NCBI GenBank assembly: GCA_026770705.1
Contig: JANJGN010000020.1
Location: 9,300,001-9,364,000 of the forward strand
Direction: 5' to 3'
DNA from: Isurus oxyrinchus
Lineage: Eukaryota
DNA length: 64,000 nucleotides
In this document: piece by piece, positions 11,701-24,599 of the stretch
Layout of the letters: each line of letters starts with the position of its first letter
How positions within the stretch are numbered: the first letter of the stretch is position 1
Notes under the pieces: model-generated
Seen by the model: only the letters and a program-made list of their open reading frames with translations
Told to the model about the DNA's origin: nothing
The model's database searches: none
Translations under genes and position numbers: made by a program

Positions 11701-14700
11701 ATTCTGTCTTGAATACATTGATTGAACCTGCTTCCACCACATTCTCAGGCAGTGCATTCCAGATCCTAACCACTTGCTGCTGTAAAAAGATTTCCCTCAT
11801 GTCATCATTGCTTATTTTGACAATTACCTTAAATCCGTGGCCTCTTGTCCTCAATCCTTCCACCAATGGGAACAGTTTTTACCTATCTACTGTGTCCAGG
11901 CCCCTCATGATTTTGAACACCTCTATCAAATCTCCCCACAACCTTCTCTTTCCCAAGAACAGTCCTAACATCTCCAAACTACATTATACAGTTGAGCCTT
12001 CCCAAAAGGAGGTGATGCGGAGTTCTCACCAACGCTCCAGCCAGTTGGCTATGGTCCCCCAGTCAGCTGCACTAAATACTGTCCTATATCTTACTTACTT
12101 AGATGGTATTTTTGAAAAGAACACTCTGCATTTGTATATAAATTAATGCTGCTAGAGATTAAAGCTGTTTGTTGCTTAAAAAGCAAGTATATTTCAATGT
12201 GAGCTTGGCTTGGTCGGTAGCACTGTCACCTCAGTGGCAAGGGCCCCACTCCAAACACACAATTTGGGTCAGTGTTTCACAAACTGGAGACCGGAGACGC
12301 TTTCCAGGAGGTCTGTAAAATAGTTAAGCAGAATGTAAGTGAGTGTCAGCTGGGAGTGGAGTGCAGCTGAGATATGCAGAGTGGGCTGGCTGTCTCACCT
12401 TGGAGGGGAGCATATGCATGGAGCAGCATGGAAGATCTCTAGGTAGCCCTGTAGTTACCAAGGCTTGGGCGGGGGGGGGGGGGGGGTGGTGGTGGTGGTG
12501 GTGGTGGTGGTGGTGGTGGTGGTGGTGGTGTCATCAGGTCCAAGAGAGGGGCATTCTTTCTTAAACTCAAAGAAAGGGTGGCCAAAATACAAACTTGCCC
12601 AGGTAATATAATTTAGATGGGTGGTGGTCGGGGGGGGGTCTGCAATTACCAATCCAGTTGAGAAGGGGTCGTTCAACCAAAAAGGTTTGAGAACTACTGA
12701 TTTCAGCTAACCCTCCAGTGTAATGACAAAAGAGCTATCCTGCAGATGTTATACTGTGGCCCAGTTTACATGTGCTGATGGATATTAAAGATCAGAAAAT
12801 TAACTGATCAGTCAACCATTGCTGTTTGAGAAATATATGCAAAATGATTGCCAACTTTATCTACAAAGTAATAGACTCTAATCTTTAAACATACAGCATA
12901 GATACAGACCATTCAATCAATTCTACACCTGATTTTCTGCAACTGCTACCTGGTCTAATCCTACATATCTCTATCACCTTTAATATTCCACTTTTTCCAA
13001 ATGGTACATTAATTCCCTTTTAAAAGAAAATAAGGACTCTGCTTCACAATGGTTTGTGGGGGAGATTTTGCATTCCAACCACTCTCAATGCAAAGACATT
13101 GTTTCTAACCTTTGTGTTATATAAAAATCCTGACAGTAGGGTATGTTAAGTCCCAGATGTATTGCCCTCTCGTGTAGAATAAGGAATGAAGGAACCCCCT
13201 GATTTTAACACAGCAAGCTGGGGTTCAGAAACGGATAAGGATGTGTGTGTGTGTGTATTCTTAATTGTTCAAAAGTAACAAACATTTCACTTATATTTGT
13301 GCCCTCTGAACACCATTTTACAACATGCAGGCATACTTTAACAGAGCCTCTCATAATCCTGGAAACGCCTCGTGTCACTCCACAATCTTCTCAACTCTAC
13401 TGGAAAACCCCAAACTTCTCATATATCTCAAGATTATGGGGAGACAGAGTGGGGTGGTGGAATTAATTTAGGATTGGTACAGAGCTATGGGGAAAGCACG
13501 GGACAATGGGGTTAGTACTGAATTGCTCAAGCAAAAGGCCACAGACATGATGCCTTACAAACTTCTATGGTTTTACTACTTGATTTTGAATAAGAACCTT
13601 TAACTGTTCCACACGTACAGAATCATATAACACAGAAAGAGGCCATTCAGCCTATCACATCCGTGCCATCTCTTTGGAAAAGATTTCCAAATCACCCCAA
13701 TCTCATCTTTCCCTATCAGCCCATAAATTTTTCCCTGCAACTATTTATCCAATTTCCCTTTGAAAGTTACTATCGAACCTGCTTCCACCACCTTTTCAGA
13801 TCATGAATTCTAAATCCTAGTTGAGTATTTTATTTCCTCATTTACCCTCTGCATATTTTTTCCAATTATCAGAAAGGTGTGCCCCCCTAGTTAAAGATCC
13901 TCCTGCCAGTGGAAATAGTTTCTCCTTATTTACTTTGTTAAGATCTCTCAAGTTTTGAACAACTCTGTTAAATGCCCCCCTTAACCTTCCCTGCTATAAG
14001 GAGAACAACTCCTGCATCTACAGTTTTTCCATGTAATGGGGAAGTCCTTCGTTCCCAGAACCATTCTCATTATTCTTTTCTGCTCCCTCTCTAAAGCCTT
14101 CGTAACCTTCCTAAAGTGTGGGGCCCAGAATTGAACACAACGTTCCAGTTGAGGTCTAACCAATGTTTTATAAATGTTTAGCATAACCTCCAAGGGGCCT
14201 TTGTACACTAATTTATAAAGCCAAGGGTCTTGTATGCTTTTTTTTAAAAACAGCCTTCTCAACTTGTCCCGCCATCTTCAAAGATTCCTGTGCATAAACC
14301 TCCTGGTGTCTCTGTTCTTGGGCCCTTTAGAAACTGTGCCATTGCTTCATACCTCTCTGAAATTGTTGGGTCGGGATAATAGGAAAACCCCCAGCCTTTT
14401 TTGTTTTAGTCATGCCACAGCATGTTTCTCATCCCCTGAACAGGCAAATGGAATACTGGTTTAACAGTGCGAACAAATGATGGCACCTCTGACAATGCAG
14501 CATTCCATCACTACAGGTTTCAGCCTAGAATATGTGCTCAGGCCCAGGAATAGGGCTTGAACTCTGAACCTTCCAATTCAAGGACTAGAGTGCTGCCAAA
14601 TAAGCTGAAAATACACTCACCTCTAGTTCTAACCCCAATACTTTGCTTCACTTTGAAAGCTGTGTTCTTAGTTTCTATGCTCTTCCTTCATTTTCTACAA

Positions 14701-17700
14701 GCTTGTCCTATCATCCCTTGGTAGCCCTAACCTTATCTTGATTATCTTTTTAATACTAATGTGCCAACAGAAAACCTTTTTATTGCTCTTTACGTATTAT
14801 GTGAATTTTTCTCATATTCCCTCTGTCTTTTGAGTTTCCTTTTCTGTTTTCCCTACTTTGTAACGATTTGCCTGATGTTCATTTTTAATGTTGGTCTTTT
14901 GTGACTTCATTAAATATGTTAGTTTGTACTACTCTCATCTCCTGCTGATCTATGGTTCCCTTCTATTTAACCCATTGCCTCCTTTGTTACTTATGCATGA
15001 CAATATTCACTTAAGGAGTCTGAAAGACTGAGAGGCAATCACTGTAGATTTATCAGTAAGTCAGTAATTTGCAGCCGATCACTAGGAAATGTTTCTTCTT
15101 GCCGTCAGATAACACCAACCTGAAAGCAGTGACAGAGAAGGCTGCACGTTTCACTGGCCGCTGCTTCCCTGTTGCTGTATTGGTTTGTTTCATTGCTGTA
15201 ACAGAAACACATTCCTATCACTGACACTTGTAATTTGCCAGCCCAAACACGACAATCAATGCAACATGAATATAACAGGTCTACAGCCAAAATCACAGGC
15301 TGTCTAAGAAACAAAATGAAGGAAAGCTACTTAAGACTAGGCAATCATGTAACTTGTAGATTGGGTTAATCAGGATAAAAAAAACCAGGGATAAATGATC
15401 ATGTCCTTCAATTCTTTCGCTATTTCAATTACCTCTTACATTTCCAGTCAGAATTTGGAACATCAACTGCAAATGCATTAGTCACTACTTTGCTTTCCCT
15501 AGTATGAAGCAACTTTGAAAAATTCTAGAATAAAAATAGAAAATGCTGAAAAAAACTCAGCAGTTCTGGCAGCATCCATGGAGAGAGGCACAGAGTTGAC
15601 ATTTCAAGTCCGTATGACTCCTCTTCAGAACCTGCTGAGTTTTTCTAGCATTTTCTGTTTTTATTTCAGATTTCCAGCATCTGCAGTATTTTGCTTTTAT
15701 TTGAAAAACTCTAACCGCAGAGATAAAAATGAGCAGCTGGCCAAATGATCTGTAAAAACATTACATAAAAGTATGAAAATCATTGAATGAAAGCAGAAAA
15801 TAGTCAGGGCAGGCAGCATCCGTGGAGAGAGGAACAGAGATAATATTTCAGCTCAACAGCCTTTCATGGAAATGGAAAAAGTGAAGAGATATAACAGGTT
15901 TTGGGAGAACAAAAGGGAAGGATAGAAGGTGGGAGAGATGAAATGAGAAAAACTCATCAGCAGCACTGAGAAACATATTAATACAAATAAATGCGAGACA
16001 CTGCAGATGCTGGAAATCCAAACTAAAAACAGGTCAAAGACCCTTCGTCAGAACTGGATCTAAAGTAGCGAAACTTCAACTGTTCCCCTCTCCGTGATGC
16101 TGCCTGACCTGGAGTACTTCCAGCATTTCCTGTTTTTATTTCAAATTTCCGGCATCTGCAGGATTTGGCTTCTATAAAATCATGGGATGTGTCTGAGAAA
16201 AAGAGAGATAAAATGTAGGGCACATCAGGAGAGAAGCAAGATAGGAGGGGATCTAACGTGAAGAATTCGAATTGGAGTTCAAGTATGCTGCAAGTGATGT
16301 GGTGGAATATGGTGTGCACAGTTATATTTTTTGAAGAATTTGCCTTGTGGAAACTAGTTTCTATCTTGCAGAAGGAAAACTGGCAGAAGCAGGAAAAACC
16401 AAACAACCTACCCATCTATCAGGAAAACAAGGATTTAATTCTACTTCTGGAATCTCACTTAAATTTATAAATCATTTTAGCTGTGTTTTGACAACAGCTT
16501 GTCAGCATCAGAATTCACTTTTTGGCCCTTCCATGGCATCATGAAGTTTATGCATAAACTATGCGCATTTCACATTCAGTTACTTAGGTGCTCACTCAGA
16601 ACCATAGAAAAGTTACAGTGCAGAAAGTGGCCATTCAGCCCATCATGTCTGGGCCAGACAAAGAGAAGAAAAATAAAGTAGCTGCTCATTTTAATCCCAC
16701 TTTCCAGCACCTGGTCTGTCGCCTTGCAGGTTACAGCACTTCAGATGCAGATCCAGGTACCTTTTAAATGAGTTGAGCAATTCAGCCTCAACCACCGATT
16801 CAGGCAGTGAATTCCAGCTGCCCACCACCCTCTGGGTGAAAATGTTTTTCCTCGTGTCCCCTCTAATCCTTCTACCAATCACCTTAAATCTATGCCCCCT
16901 TTTAATTGACCCCTCAACTAGGGGAAACAAGTCTTTCCTGTCTACCCTATCTAGGCCCCTCATAATTCCATATACCTCAAATGGGTCACCCCTTAGCTTC
17001 CCCTGTTCTAAAGAAAACAACATTAGCCTATCCAATCTCTCCTCATAGCTGTAATTTTCAAATCCTGGGCAACATTCTTGTAAATCTCCTCTGCAATCTC
17101 TCCACAGCAATTATGTCCTTCCTGTAATGTGGTGACCAGAACTGTACCCAAAATTCCAGCTGTGGCCTAACCAGCGTTTTATACAGTTCCATCATTACAT
17201 CCCTGCTTTTGTATTCTATATCTCGCTCAACAAAGGAAAGCATTCCATGTTTTCTTGACCACCTTGTCCACCTGCCCCTGCCATCTTCAAGGACCTGTGG
17301 ACATGCACTCGCAAGGTTTCTCATTTCTTCAACCCCTCTCAATAACTTCCTTTTTATTGAGTATTCCCTTGCTTCATTTGCCCTCCCCAAATGCATTACC
17401 TCACACTTTTCCTTGTAGTGAAGTAGCAAGCCATCTGATACTTTGTTCATTTGGGCTCCATCCCTCTCACCGGTTAATGGGACTGAACCAGACTGTTTGC
17501 AACTGACCTCATCCTATTTTTCCTTGAGCTGCCCGCCAACCCCATATCCACCACCTACATCCTCCAAAATGACCTGTCTCCACCCCACCTCAGCTCAGCT
17601 GCTGTGAAATCTAGTGCCTTTGTTACCTCTAAACTTGACTGTTCCAACGCACTCCTGACTGACCGCCCCCATTCTACCCTCTGTAAACTGTGAACTAATT

Positions 17701-20700
17701 CAAATTTTGGCTGCCTGCATCAAGTCCTGTTCACCCATCACTCCTATGCTCCCCCTGACCTACACCGTCACTTGGTCCAGTAATACTCACCTCAAACTTA
17801 AAATTGTGTTCAAGTCCCTCCATAGCATCATCCCTCTTTGACCTTCTTCAGCCTTACAATCCGCCCCAAGACCTCTACATTCACCCAATTCTGGCCTCTT
17901 GTACACCCTGGATTTTAATCACTTCATCATTGGCGGAAAGTGCCTACAGCTGTGCAGGCCCCAAGCTCTGGAATTCCCTCCCAACACCTCTCACTTCTCC
18001 TTTAAATGCTCCTTATAACATCCATCTTCCACCAATCTTTTGGTTATGTGCCCTAATAGCCCCTTACATAGCCCAGTGTCAAATTTTGTTTGGTAACACT
18101 GCTATGAAGAGCCTTGGGATGTTTTACTATGTTAAAGGCACTATATAAATGGAAGTTATTCTTGGCTTATGTGGGAAACTGGACTGTGAATACTGACACT
18201 CTGTATGGCTGTACAAGGTGTCACAGCAAGCTAAGTTCTGTCCATACTCGACGTTCACACACAAGCATTTCCCAGCAGAGTGACTTGAGAACAATCAGCA
18301 GCGGGAACCTGAACTGTTTTCCTATCCTCAGCCCGACCATTGTTCTTCCAGAAAATGCTGCAAACACGCAGCAGGACTGGCAGCATCAGTGGAGGGAGAA
18401 ATGAGAGTTAACATTTCAAGTCAATGATCTTTCATCAGAACAACCGACCTGAAACACTAACTCTCATTTCTCCCTTCACAGATGCTGCCATATCTGTGTG
18501 CTTCCAGCATTTTTTGTTTTTATTTCAGATTTCTAGCATCCACAGTAGTTTGTTCTTCTCCTGTCAGCCTGCATTCGTGCAGAATAGAGATTAACCTGGG
18601 ACCTTGTCAGGCAATTCTTTCCTTCAGTTTGATTTTGTAGCATGTTCCATTTCAATCACCTTTAATTGGCATTGAATCAATTTTTATTTGCACCAGCCAT
18701 TAGTGCACTTCACAATGAAGCAAATCCATTAGACAAGGAATGTTACCTTGGAAGTCTAACATGTAGTTGTATTTTGCAGTGGAAAATGAGAGACCACCTT
18801 GTGGATTCATCCTGTAAATCATTTCAATATCTTCGCTGCTCACAGAACATGAAATATTGGGGTCCCTCTGAAATAAACATAGAAATGCCTAAGAAAACAT
18901 AATGGATATTAAGGCCTCACTTCAGTCAGCACCATCTGAGTTAGCTTTGGGAAAGCAGATAAGTGTATCAAGAATAATTCTTTCTGCAGTGACATCATTT
19001 TTCAAATCTGTGCCAAGTGATTAGCAGAATTGAACTTGAGCTAAAGCTCCCACTGTTAACATGTATATCAAAAGAAAAGTAAGCACATTTTAATTTATTT
19101 GTAGTAAGGATTTAGGATAGTTAAAAAAAAGTTGAAATGAAAATAGATTCATAAGTGGAACACAGAAAATGACAGAAGAGGCAATTCCCTCTCCTGAATG
19201 TACTGGCTATCACTAGGGTACAGTCCCACAGGTCCAAGCATACTGGCCCTTGCTGGGGTACAGTCCCACAGGTCCAAGCATACTGGTCCTTGCTGGGCTA
19301 CAGTCCCACAGGCTCAGGCATACTGGCCCTTGCTGGGGTACAGTCATACATGTTAATTGTATCAACTGACATTAAGTACGTAGAGGTGGAGGGCGTTGAT
19401 TGGATGGTTGCTTGCGCACACATAAAGAGATACTGACACAGGAGTGAAGTAGAGTCAAGAGCTATGTATATATGATGTTTCACTGAACAAATCTATTCCA
19501 AGTAAAGACTGTATCTGATTTCCTCCTTCATCAGCTGCCTTTCACACGGGCTCCTGTGATACTGGCCCTTGCTGTGGTACCCCAGCAGCTGCCAGCTGTA
19601 CCTCAATATGTGCCATTCTTTATGTAACTCTTTCGAGTACAAACCCGTTTCCATCTGTTTCAGATGAAGTTACATTGTTTCATAGTTTTGCCATTGTGAG
19701 ATTTGAAACCATTCTTTATGTACCTAAACAGTAAGTGTTGGCAAGCTGATTGATTGTCTGGTACATCACTACCGTGATGGACCAAAAGAACCTCCATCTA
19801 TGCTGTTTGATTCTATATAGTGCATCATAGACATACCCAGTTCTGTTCTCTCAAAGCATTAGTAATTCAGCTAACTCACCATAGGCCAAGTATTGAATCA
19901 GACATTTTTAAAAGCTGTTTGTAGTGTCTACATTAATTTATAAGGTCCATAATATCAGAAATGAAGCTTCTCACAATGAATATTTCACTAAGTTTAATAT
20001 TGTTTCAGCATAATGATGTGTGAACTGAAAAACAATAATCAGCCCAAGGAGATTTTTATGTCCCTGATCTAATGGCATCTCAAAGATTAGGCAGAAACAT
20101 TACAGATGTTTTTGGAACTTTTTTTTGATTATATATTATTACCAAGCTTTGCAACTCAGAACCATAACACTTCACGAAATGAAATTTCCCTTTGATGACA
20201 TGAAATCTGGTGTTGCTGGATACTAAATGAAATAATCCTCCAATCATTTGGACAACTCATTTACAGTGAAATTCCATGTGTATAGTTTGACCTACACAAA
20301 GCACAATGAGATGTGATTCACAAATCAACAATTTTGCGACACCAGTAACTCAATCTCCCATTGTCCCAATTTATTCAATAACCTGGTCAGTAAAACTCAG
20401 TCTGCAACTGCAATTATCTTGAAGTTATGTGAAAAAATTTTTTTGCCCCCCCCCACAAGGAGTTTCACTAATAGGAACAGTGAGCACATCTAACATTGAA
20501 AATACGAACAGAGAGGTTAACAATTGAGCAATATATACATCCAAAAGCCTTAAAAATTACATAAATACATCATGAAGTGGAACATAATGTAAGTTACACA
20601 AAATTTGCATGGAAATTATAAAATTGAAACAGGCCTCTCTGGCCATCAAGTCTATATTGGTGTTTATCCTCTGTAAGGGCAGTATCCTCATTCCAGGTAC

Positions 20701-22947
20701 ACACCCTTTTCCCATATTCCTTTATCCTGTTTCCTTCAGCACCCTCTTTACCTATTCTTCAATGTGACATGGTATTTACTTCAATTACCAAATCTGGGAG
20801 TGAATTCCACAGCCTCACAACCAGCTGCATACAAGATTTCTCCTGCCCTGTCCTAAATTGCTAATAACGGCGGCCCCACATTCAAAGGTCCTTTGAACAT
20901 GGAAACAATCTGTTTCTATTTTCGCTGCCCCATCTCTTACTAATTTTAAACACCTCTATCCAACTATCCCTCAATGATAACAGTACCATAGCATGATATT
21001 GATTGATTTTGTGGGGGAAACAAGACTAAATCGGCAACTACGTTTCTAATCCTAACCCAATCATAAAGGTTACAAGAAAGCCAGCTGTGGGAAATGGGAC
21101 AATTTCAAGTTTTTGGCGTTGGATAGGTGCTAGGAGGTTTTGTTAGTTTGTACCATTGGGGCAGGACACAATAATTCACTTAACATTGAACCTTGAATTC
21201 CTCGATGTTCTCATGTGCAAGAACCAATGTCCCCACATTTTGATAGGGATGAAAAACATTAAATTTTCAAAATATGTAAATTTATATTTTACAAATTTTT
21301 GGTATGTATTAGCAAAATCGATATATATGAAATTTAACTAGAAGCAATATGAAAGATGACATCTATTTAATTGGATTTGCCCACGACCATTAGTGCATTC
21401 CATAGTGCCTAAATTTTTAATTTGACATAAGACGATAGTTTTAAAAGAGTCTCCAACCTTGAAAACAGACCAAGCTTACCCACTGAAAAGGCAAGGTTAA
21501 AGTACTAAACATGAAGTTATCACAAGATTAGTCTGCCCTAACATTAGGCAAAATGCTCTTTAATTTCCTTAATCAACCTAAAGCACCATACTTTAGGAAG
21601 GATGCAGAAAGAATGGTACCAGGGATGAGAGACTTCAGTTTCAAGGATAGATTGGCGAAGTTGGGGCTGTTCTCCTTGGAGAAGGCTCCGAGGAGATTTG
21701 ATAGGAGGTGCTCAAGATCATGAGGGATCTGGGCAGTCTAGATAGGGAGAAATTGTTCCCGTTGACAGAAGGATTCAGAACCAGAGTACACCAATTTAAA
21801 ATGGATGGCAAAAGAACCAAAAGCAATATGAGGGAAAACCTTTTGTTTACATGGTCAGGATCTGGAAAGCACCACTGGAGAGTGTGGAGGAGGCAGGTTC
21901 AATCATGGCTTTCAAAAGGGTACTGGATAATTATCTGAAGAAATAACAACTTGCAAAGTTACGAGGAAAAGGCAGGGAGTGGAACTAGCTGAATTGTTCT
22001 TTCAGACAGCCAGCATGCACACGATGGGCCAAATAGCCTCCTTCTGTGCTGTAATCACTCTACAATTCTTCCTGCCTATAAATGCAGGTAAACTGCATGA
22101 CATGTTAAATGTGTAAGAATTGAACAATTTTGGAAAAATTGGTTTTTCATTAGCTTTACAGGAACAGAAATCAGAATTTCTCAGCTAAGGGACAACTTAT
22201 ATTTGTATAGTGCCTTCAGCATAAAAAAAATGTTCCAAAGCACTTCACAGGAACATTCTAAAACAAAGACAGACACTGAGCCACATGAAGAGATATTAGG
22301 TCAGATGACCAAAAGCTTGGTTAAAGAGGTAAGTTTTAAGCAGTGTCTTAAAGGAGGAAAGTGAGGTAGAGAGGCAGAGATTAAGGGAGGGGATTCCAGA
22401 GTTTAGGGGCCCTGGCAGCTGAAGGCACAGCCAATAGTAGAGTGTTTAAAATCAGAATGCTGAAGAGGCCAGAATTAGATGACCATGGATATCTCAGAGT
22501 TGTGAAGCTGGAGGAGATTAGAGAGAGGGGGAGTGGTGAGGCCCTGGAGGCATTTGGAAACAGGATGAGAATTTTAAAATCAAGATGTATTGACCTAAAG
22601 TGAGCAAGTAGGTCCGCGAGCGCAGGGGTGATGGGGCAAATGGGACTTGATGCAACTTGAGACACAGGTAAAGTTCTGGATGAGCTCAAGCTCATTTATG
22701 GCAAAATGTGACAAACCAGTCCAGAGGCTGGAATTTGTTTTATGATTTTCAATCTCGCAAACTGGCCCACATATCACTTTAAAATCATTACACGGTAAGT
22801 AAGGAAAGCAATAAAATAATAGCACACCTCAAAAATGTGCCATTTTCCACATTCACCCAAATAGTACCAGTTCCACTGTGTATCAGATGTATCCATTTCC
22901 TCCACACTGCCTTCCTCCATCATTGAAGCATATTCCTCTCCAGCCAT
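8399..22947 (-). CDS. PARP11: Protein mono-ADP-ribosyltransferase PARP11 (WWE + PARP catalytic domain), 7 coding exons, 332 aa
   Basis: Exons 22947-22828, 18867-18747, 15195-15120, 10836-10764, 10685-10555, 8996-8845 and 8724-8399 splice in frame (999 nt). Peptides MDTSDTQWNWYYLGECGKWHIFE, CSVSSEDIE, KQRPVKRAAFS, IPLHWDN, IQRIQNLDLWEFYCRKK, MLFHGT, NFDWRING, YGKGTYFARD, MFLARVLVGDY, RPPSKDGSLVNLYDSCVD and PKIFVIFDSNHIYPEYLIEF closely match vertebrate PARP11 as I recall it. Confidence 0.95.
8845..8996 (-). CDS. PARP11: PARP11 coding exon 6
   Basis: Acceptor TTCCAG; reads RKKVHLKKMRNGIELNERMLFHGT...YGK; donor AG|GCAAGT (GC-AG intron). Confidence 0.93.
9200..9970 (+). mobile_element. CR1/L2 LINE 3' part
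   Basis: ORF 9513-9893 reads LSYEERVSRLGLYSLEFRR...TGGHSFK...AVEAGSLNIFK. Confidence 0.85.
10555..10685 (-). CDS. PARP11: PARP11 coding exon 5
   Basis: Acceptor TTTAG|; reads LSPLHKASNEYLEVAKLFGQTMDQNRIKKIQRIQNLDLWEFYC; donor AG|GTAAT. Confidence 0.95.
10764..10836 (-). CDS. PARP11: PARP11 coding exon 4
   Basis: Reads (S)FICGNEEIPIPLHWDNIDRDKPYQ; donor CAG|GTAAGT. Confidence 0.93.
10945..11540. mobile_element. GC-rich non-autonomous DNA transposon remnant
   Basis: Starts with CAGAATTT like the 3186 MITE; shares CTCTGATTGGC.AGCAG and TTTAAG motifs with 53070-53600. Confidence 0.5.
11555..11985 (-). mobile_element. CR1 LINE 3' end
   Basis: ORF 11483-11866 reads RTRGHGFKV...IWNALPENVVEAGSINVFK. 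Confidence 0.85.
12270..12699. mobile_element. hAT-Charlie-like non-autonomous element nested in a SINE, containing poly-G/(GGT)n at 12471-12530
   Basis: TIRs CAGTGTTTCACAAAC / GTTTGAGAACTACTG. SINE sequence is present before (12205-12269) and resumes after 12700. Confidence 0.6.
13615..14340 (-). mobile_element. CR1 LINE 3' fragment
   Basis: ORF 13981-14262 contains YKTLVRPQLERCVQFWAPHFRK. Confidence 0.85.
15120..15195 (-). CDS. PARP11: PARP11 coding exon 3 (WWE C-terminal part)
   Basis: Acceptor TTACAG|; reads (A)MKQTNTATGKQRPVKRAAFSVTAF; donor AG|GTTGGT. Confidence 0.93.
15594..15632 (-). ncRNA. Minimal type I hammerhead-ribozyme-like motif in a Penelope-derived hairpin repeat
   Basis: Minus strand reads GGTT CTGAAGA G GAGTC-ATACG-GACTT GAAA T GTC AACT: CUGANGA and GAAA cores, stem II, GUC triplet, and stem I GUU/AAC. 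Confidence 0.55.
16600..17420 (-). mobile_element. CR1 LINE 3' part
   Basis: ORFs 17058-17450 and 16691-17110 (KCEVMHLG, LYKTLVRPQLEF, RGHRFKV, WNSLPESVVEA). Confidence 0.9.
17500..18150 (+). mobile_element. L2-type LINE 3' fragment
   Basis: Reads AFVTSKLDCSNALL, SPITPML, AYSCAGPKLWNSLP, followed by a tail similar to that of the Deu SINEs. Confidence 0.75.
18406..18441 (-). ncRNA. Minimal hammerhead-ribozyme-like motif in inverted-repeat element 18345-18560
   Basis: Minus strand reads GTT CTGATGA AAGATC-ATT-GACTT GAAA T GTT AAC; the CUGAUGA and GAAA cores are intact. Confidence 0.5.
18747..18867 (-). CDS. PARP11: PARP11 coding exon 2 (WWE)
   Basis: Acceptor TTTCAG|; reads RDPNISCSVSSEDIEMIYRMNPQGGLSFSTAKYNYMLDFQ; donor G|GTAAC. 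Confidence 0.94.
19201..19345. repeat. 40-bp minisatellite, about 3.6 copies
   Basis: Unit TACTGGCCCTTGCTGGGGTACAGTCCCACAGGTCCAAGCA; a partial copy recurs at about 19560. Confidence 0.9.
21575..22070 (+). mobile_element. CR1 LINE 3' end
   Basis: Reads DREKLFPL.EG.RTRVHQFK, followed by the CR1 tail GATGGGCCAAATAGCCTCCTTCTGTGCTGTAA. Confidence 0.85.
22195..22730 (-). mobile_element. L2-type LINE 3' fragment
   Basis: ORF 22381-22695 contains PITPALADL, DFKILIL and APKLWNPLP. Confidence 0.8.
22828..22947 (-). CDS. PARP11: PARP11 first coding exon
   Basis: Start context ACAATGG; reads MAGEEYASMMEEGSVEEMDTSDTQWNWYYLGECGKWHIFE; donor GAG|GTGTGC. Confidence 0.92.
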
Positions 22948-23194
22948 TGTTTAAATTAAGGTATAGCTGTTAGCTGCAATTCAAATAATGAAAACATTAC
23001 TGAGCTATTTAAAGAAGTCCTAACGTCACAGCTTGGTTCAGTTGAATTTGGTGGAGGAGGGGGTGGGAGGTGTGGGGGTGTTATTTCATAACCATCTATT
23101 TAGGGCTCTAAGATGGGGGCCAGGCTTCTGCATTTTCCCTGAGTATCTATTACAGTCCAGGTCTGTTGAAAGTGCAACCAATGCAGTTTTGAGT

Positions 23195-23442
23195 TGAAAG
23201 CAAAATACCGCGGATGCTGGAAATCTGAAACAAAAACAGAAAATGCTGGAAAAACTCTGCAGATCCTGCAGCATTGTGGATTGAGAAACAGAGTTAACAT
23301 TTTGAGTCTGTCTGACTCTCCTTCAGAGCTCAGAAGAGCCATATGGACTCCAATCATTAACTCTGTTTCTCTCTCCATAGGTGCTGTCAGATCTGCAGTT
23401 TTTTTCTGTTTTTATTTCAGATTTCCAGCATCCGCAGTATTT
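23195..23442. repeat. Inverted-repeat element (Penelope terminus-derived)
   Basis: AAAATACCGCGGATGCTGGAAATCTGAAACAAAAACAGAAAA is mirrored by TTTTCTGTTTTTATTTCAGATTTCCAGCATCCGCAGTATTTT. Confidence 0.8.
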
Positions 23443-23689
23443 TAGGCATGTACCTGGTTAATTGTAATAGATTGCTTTTGGGCTGTTCTTATCTGTTTCT
23501 GGTTGAGGCAGCTGCAAAAAGTGTAGGGATTTCTTGGGACCCTGAGGGTCACAGAGGGTCCTGCACAAACCCTGCAGCGAGACGTGCTGCTGAGTCTGAA
23601 GGATCAAGAGGAGGAAGAACATCGAGTGGAAAGACCTGCAGCGGCAGTAGGGTCAGGCTGAAGAAGAGAGCAGGAACTCTTACCCCACA

Positions 23690-24032
23690 TGGATTTACAG
23701 GACTTCCTGTTAAGTTGAAGAGCAGGCAGTCTGGCTGCTCTGCTTCACCAGGAAGGCTGTCACACCAGGTGTTTTAACACCGACAAAGCTGTATCAAAGA
23801 CTGTGGCCCTCAATTTCTATACCTTCAGGCCACTCGAGCATTGCAACATTGATAACGTTTAATCAACTTGTGGTGGACACAAGCTAACAAGTTCATGAAG
23901 GGACTCTTTGCCAAAGCAAGTAGCTTCATCTCCTCTATGGAGCCAAAGTAGGAAGACAGGCTCTGCCTTTGGTCAGGATTGTCCGTTTTCCCCAGGTGCA
24001 CAGTATCACTGACTGCACCCACACGGCCTTGT
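23690..24032 (+). mobile_element. Degenerate PIF/Harbinger transposase fragment
   Basis: Frameshifted peptides CFTRKAVT, KTVALNFY, GLFAKASSFIS and RIVRFPQVHSITDCTHTA (compare the Harbinger/HARBI1 motif GFPxVxGxIDCTHV). Confidence 0.7.
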
Positions 24033-24599
24033 TCTATATAAAGCTCCCAGAATTTTCATAACCAGGAAGAGCCTCAACACACTGAACTTTAGCCCATCGT
24101 GGAAGTCTGTTTCAGAAGCTCAGGAGATTGGTATTGCAGGCAAGTTCCAGGCTGTAGTTAATCCTGACCCAGTAAATGGGTATGCTTCCAGTTTCTAATC
24201 AATTCATCAATGTGTTTTCTCTAAAACACTAATTTTAATTTGACCTGTTCAATTCTTTACTCATTCATTTGTTCCAATAACATGTCACAGATTACCATCC
24301 TGCTAGGTTCCTACCAGCTTTATCAATGCAACAAACCAAAATAATTTTTTTTCCCGTCAGAGTTTTTCATGAACAATAAGTTAACAGCAGCACAGTGTAG
24401 CAGGAGCACATACAATGAGATACAGTACTAGGATGTATCCAGGTCAAACAAGCAAACATTTAATCTTCAAATCCAGCCTGGATTGGGCTGCGTCACAACT
24501 CCAAATCCCTTATCTAAAAGTATCTCCACAGCAGTGTGCGCAGTTATTCAAGATGTTATTTTTCCACAATAATGTCAATTTAAATATCAAGATTTCTGA

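Noticed and set aside
12343-12676. Poly-Trp / poly-Thr ORFs
   Set aside because: Translation of a (GGT)n microsatellite.
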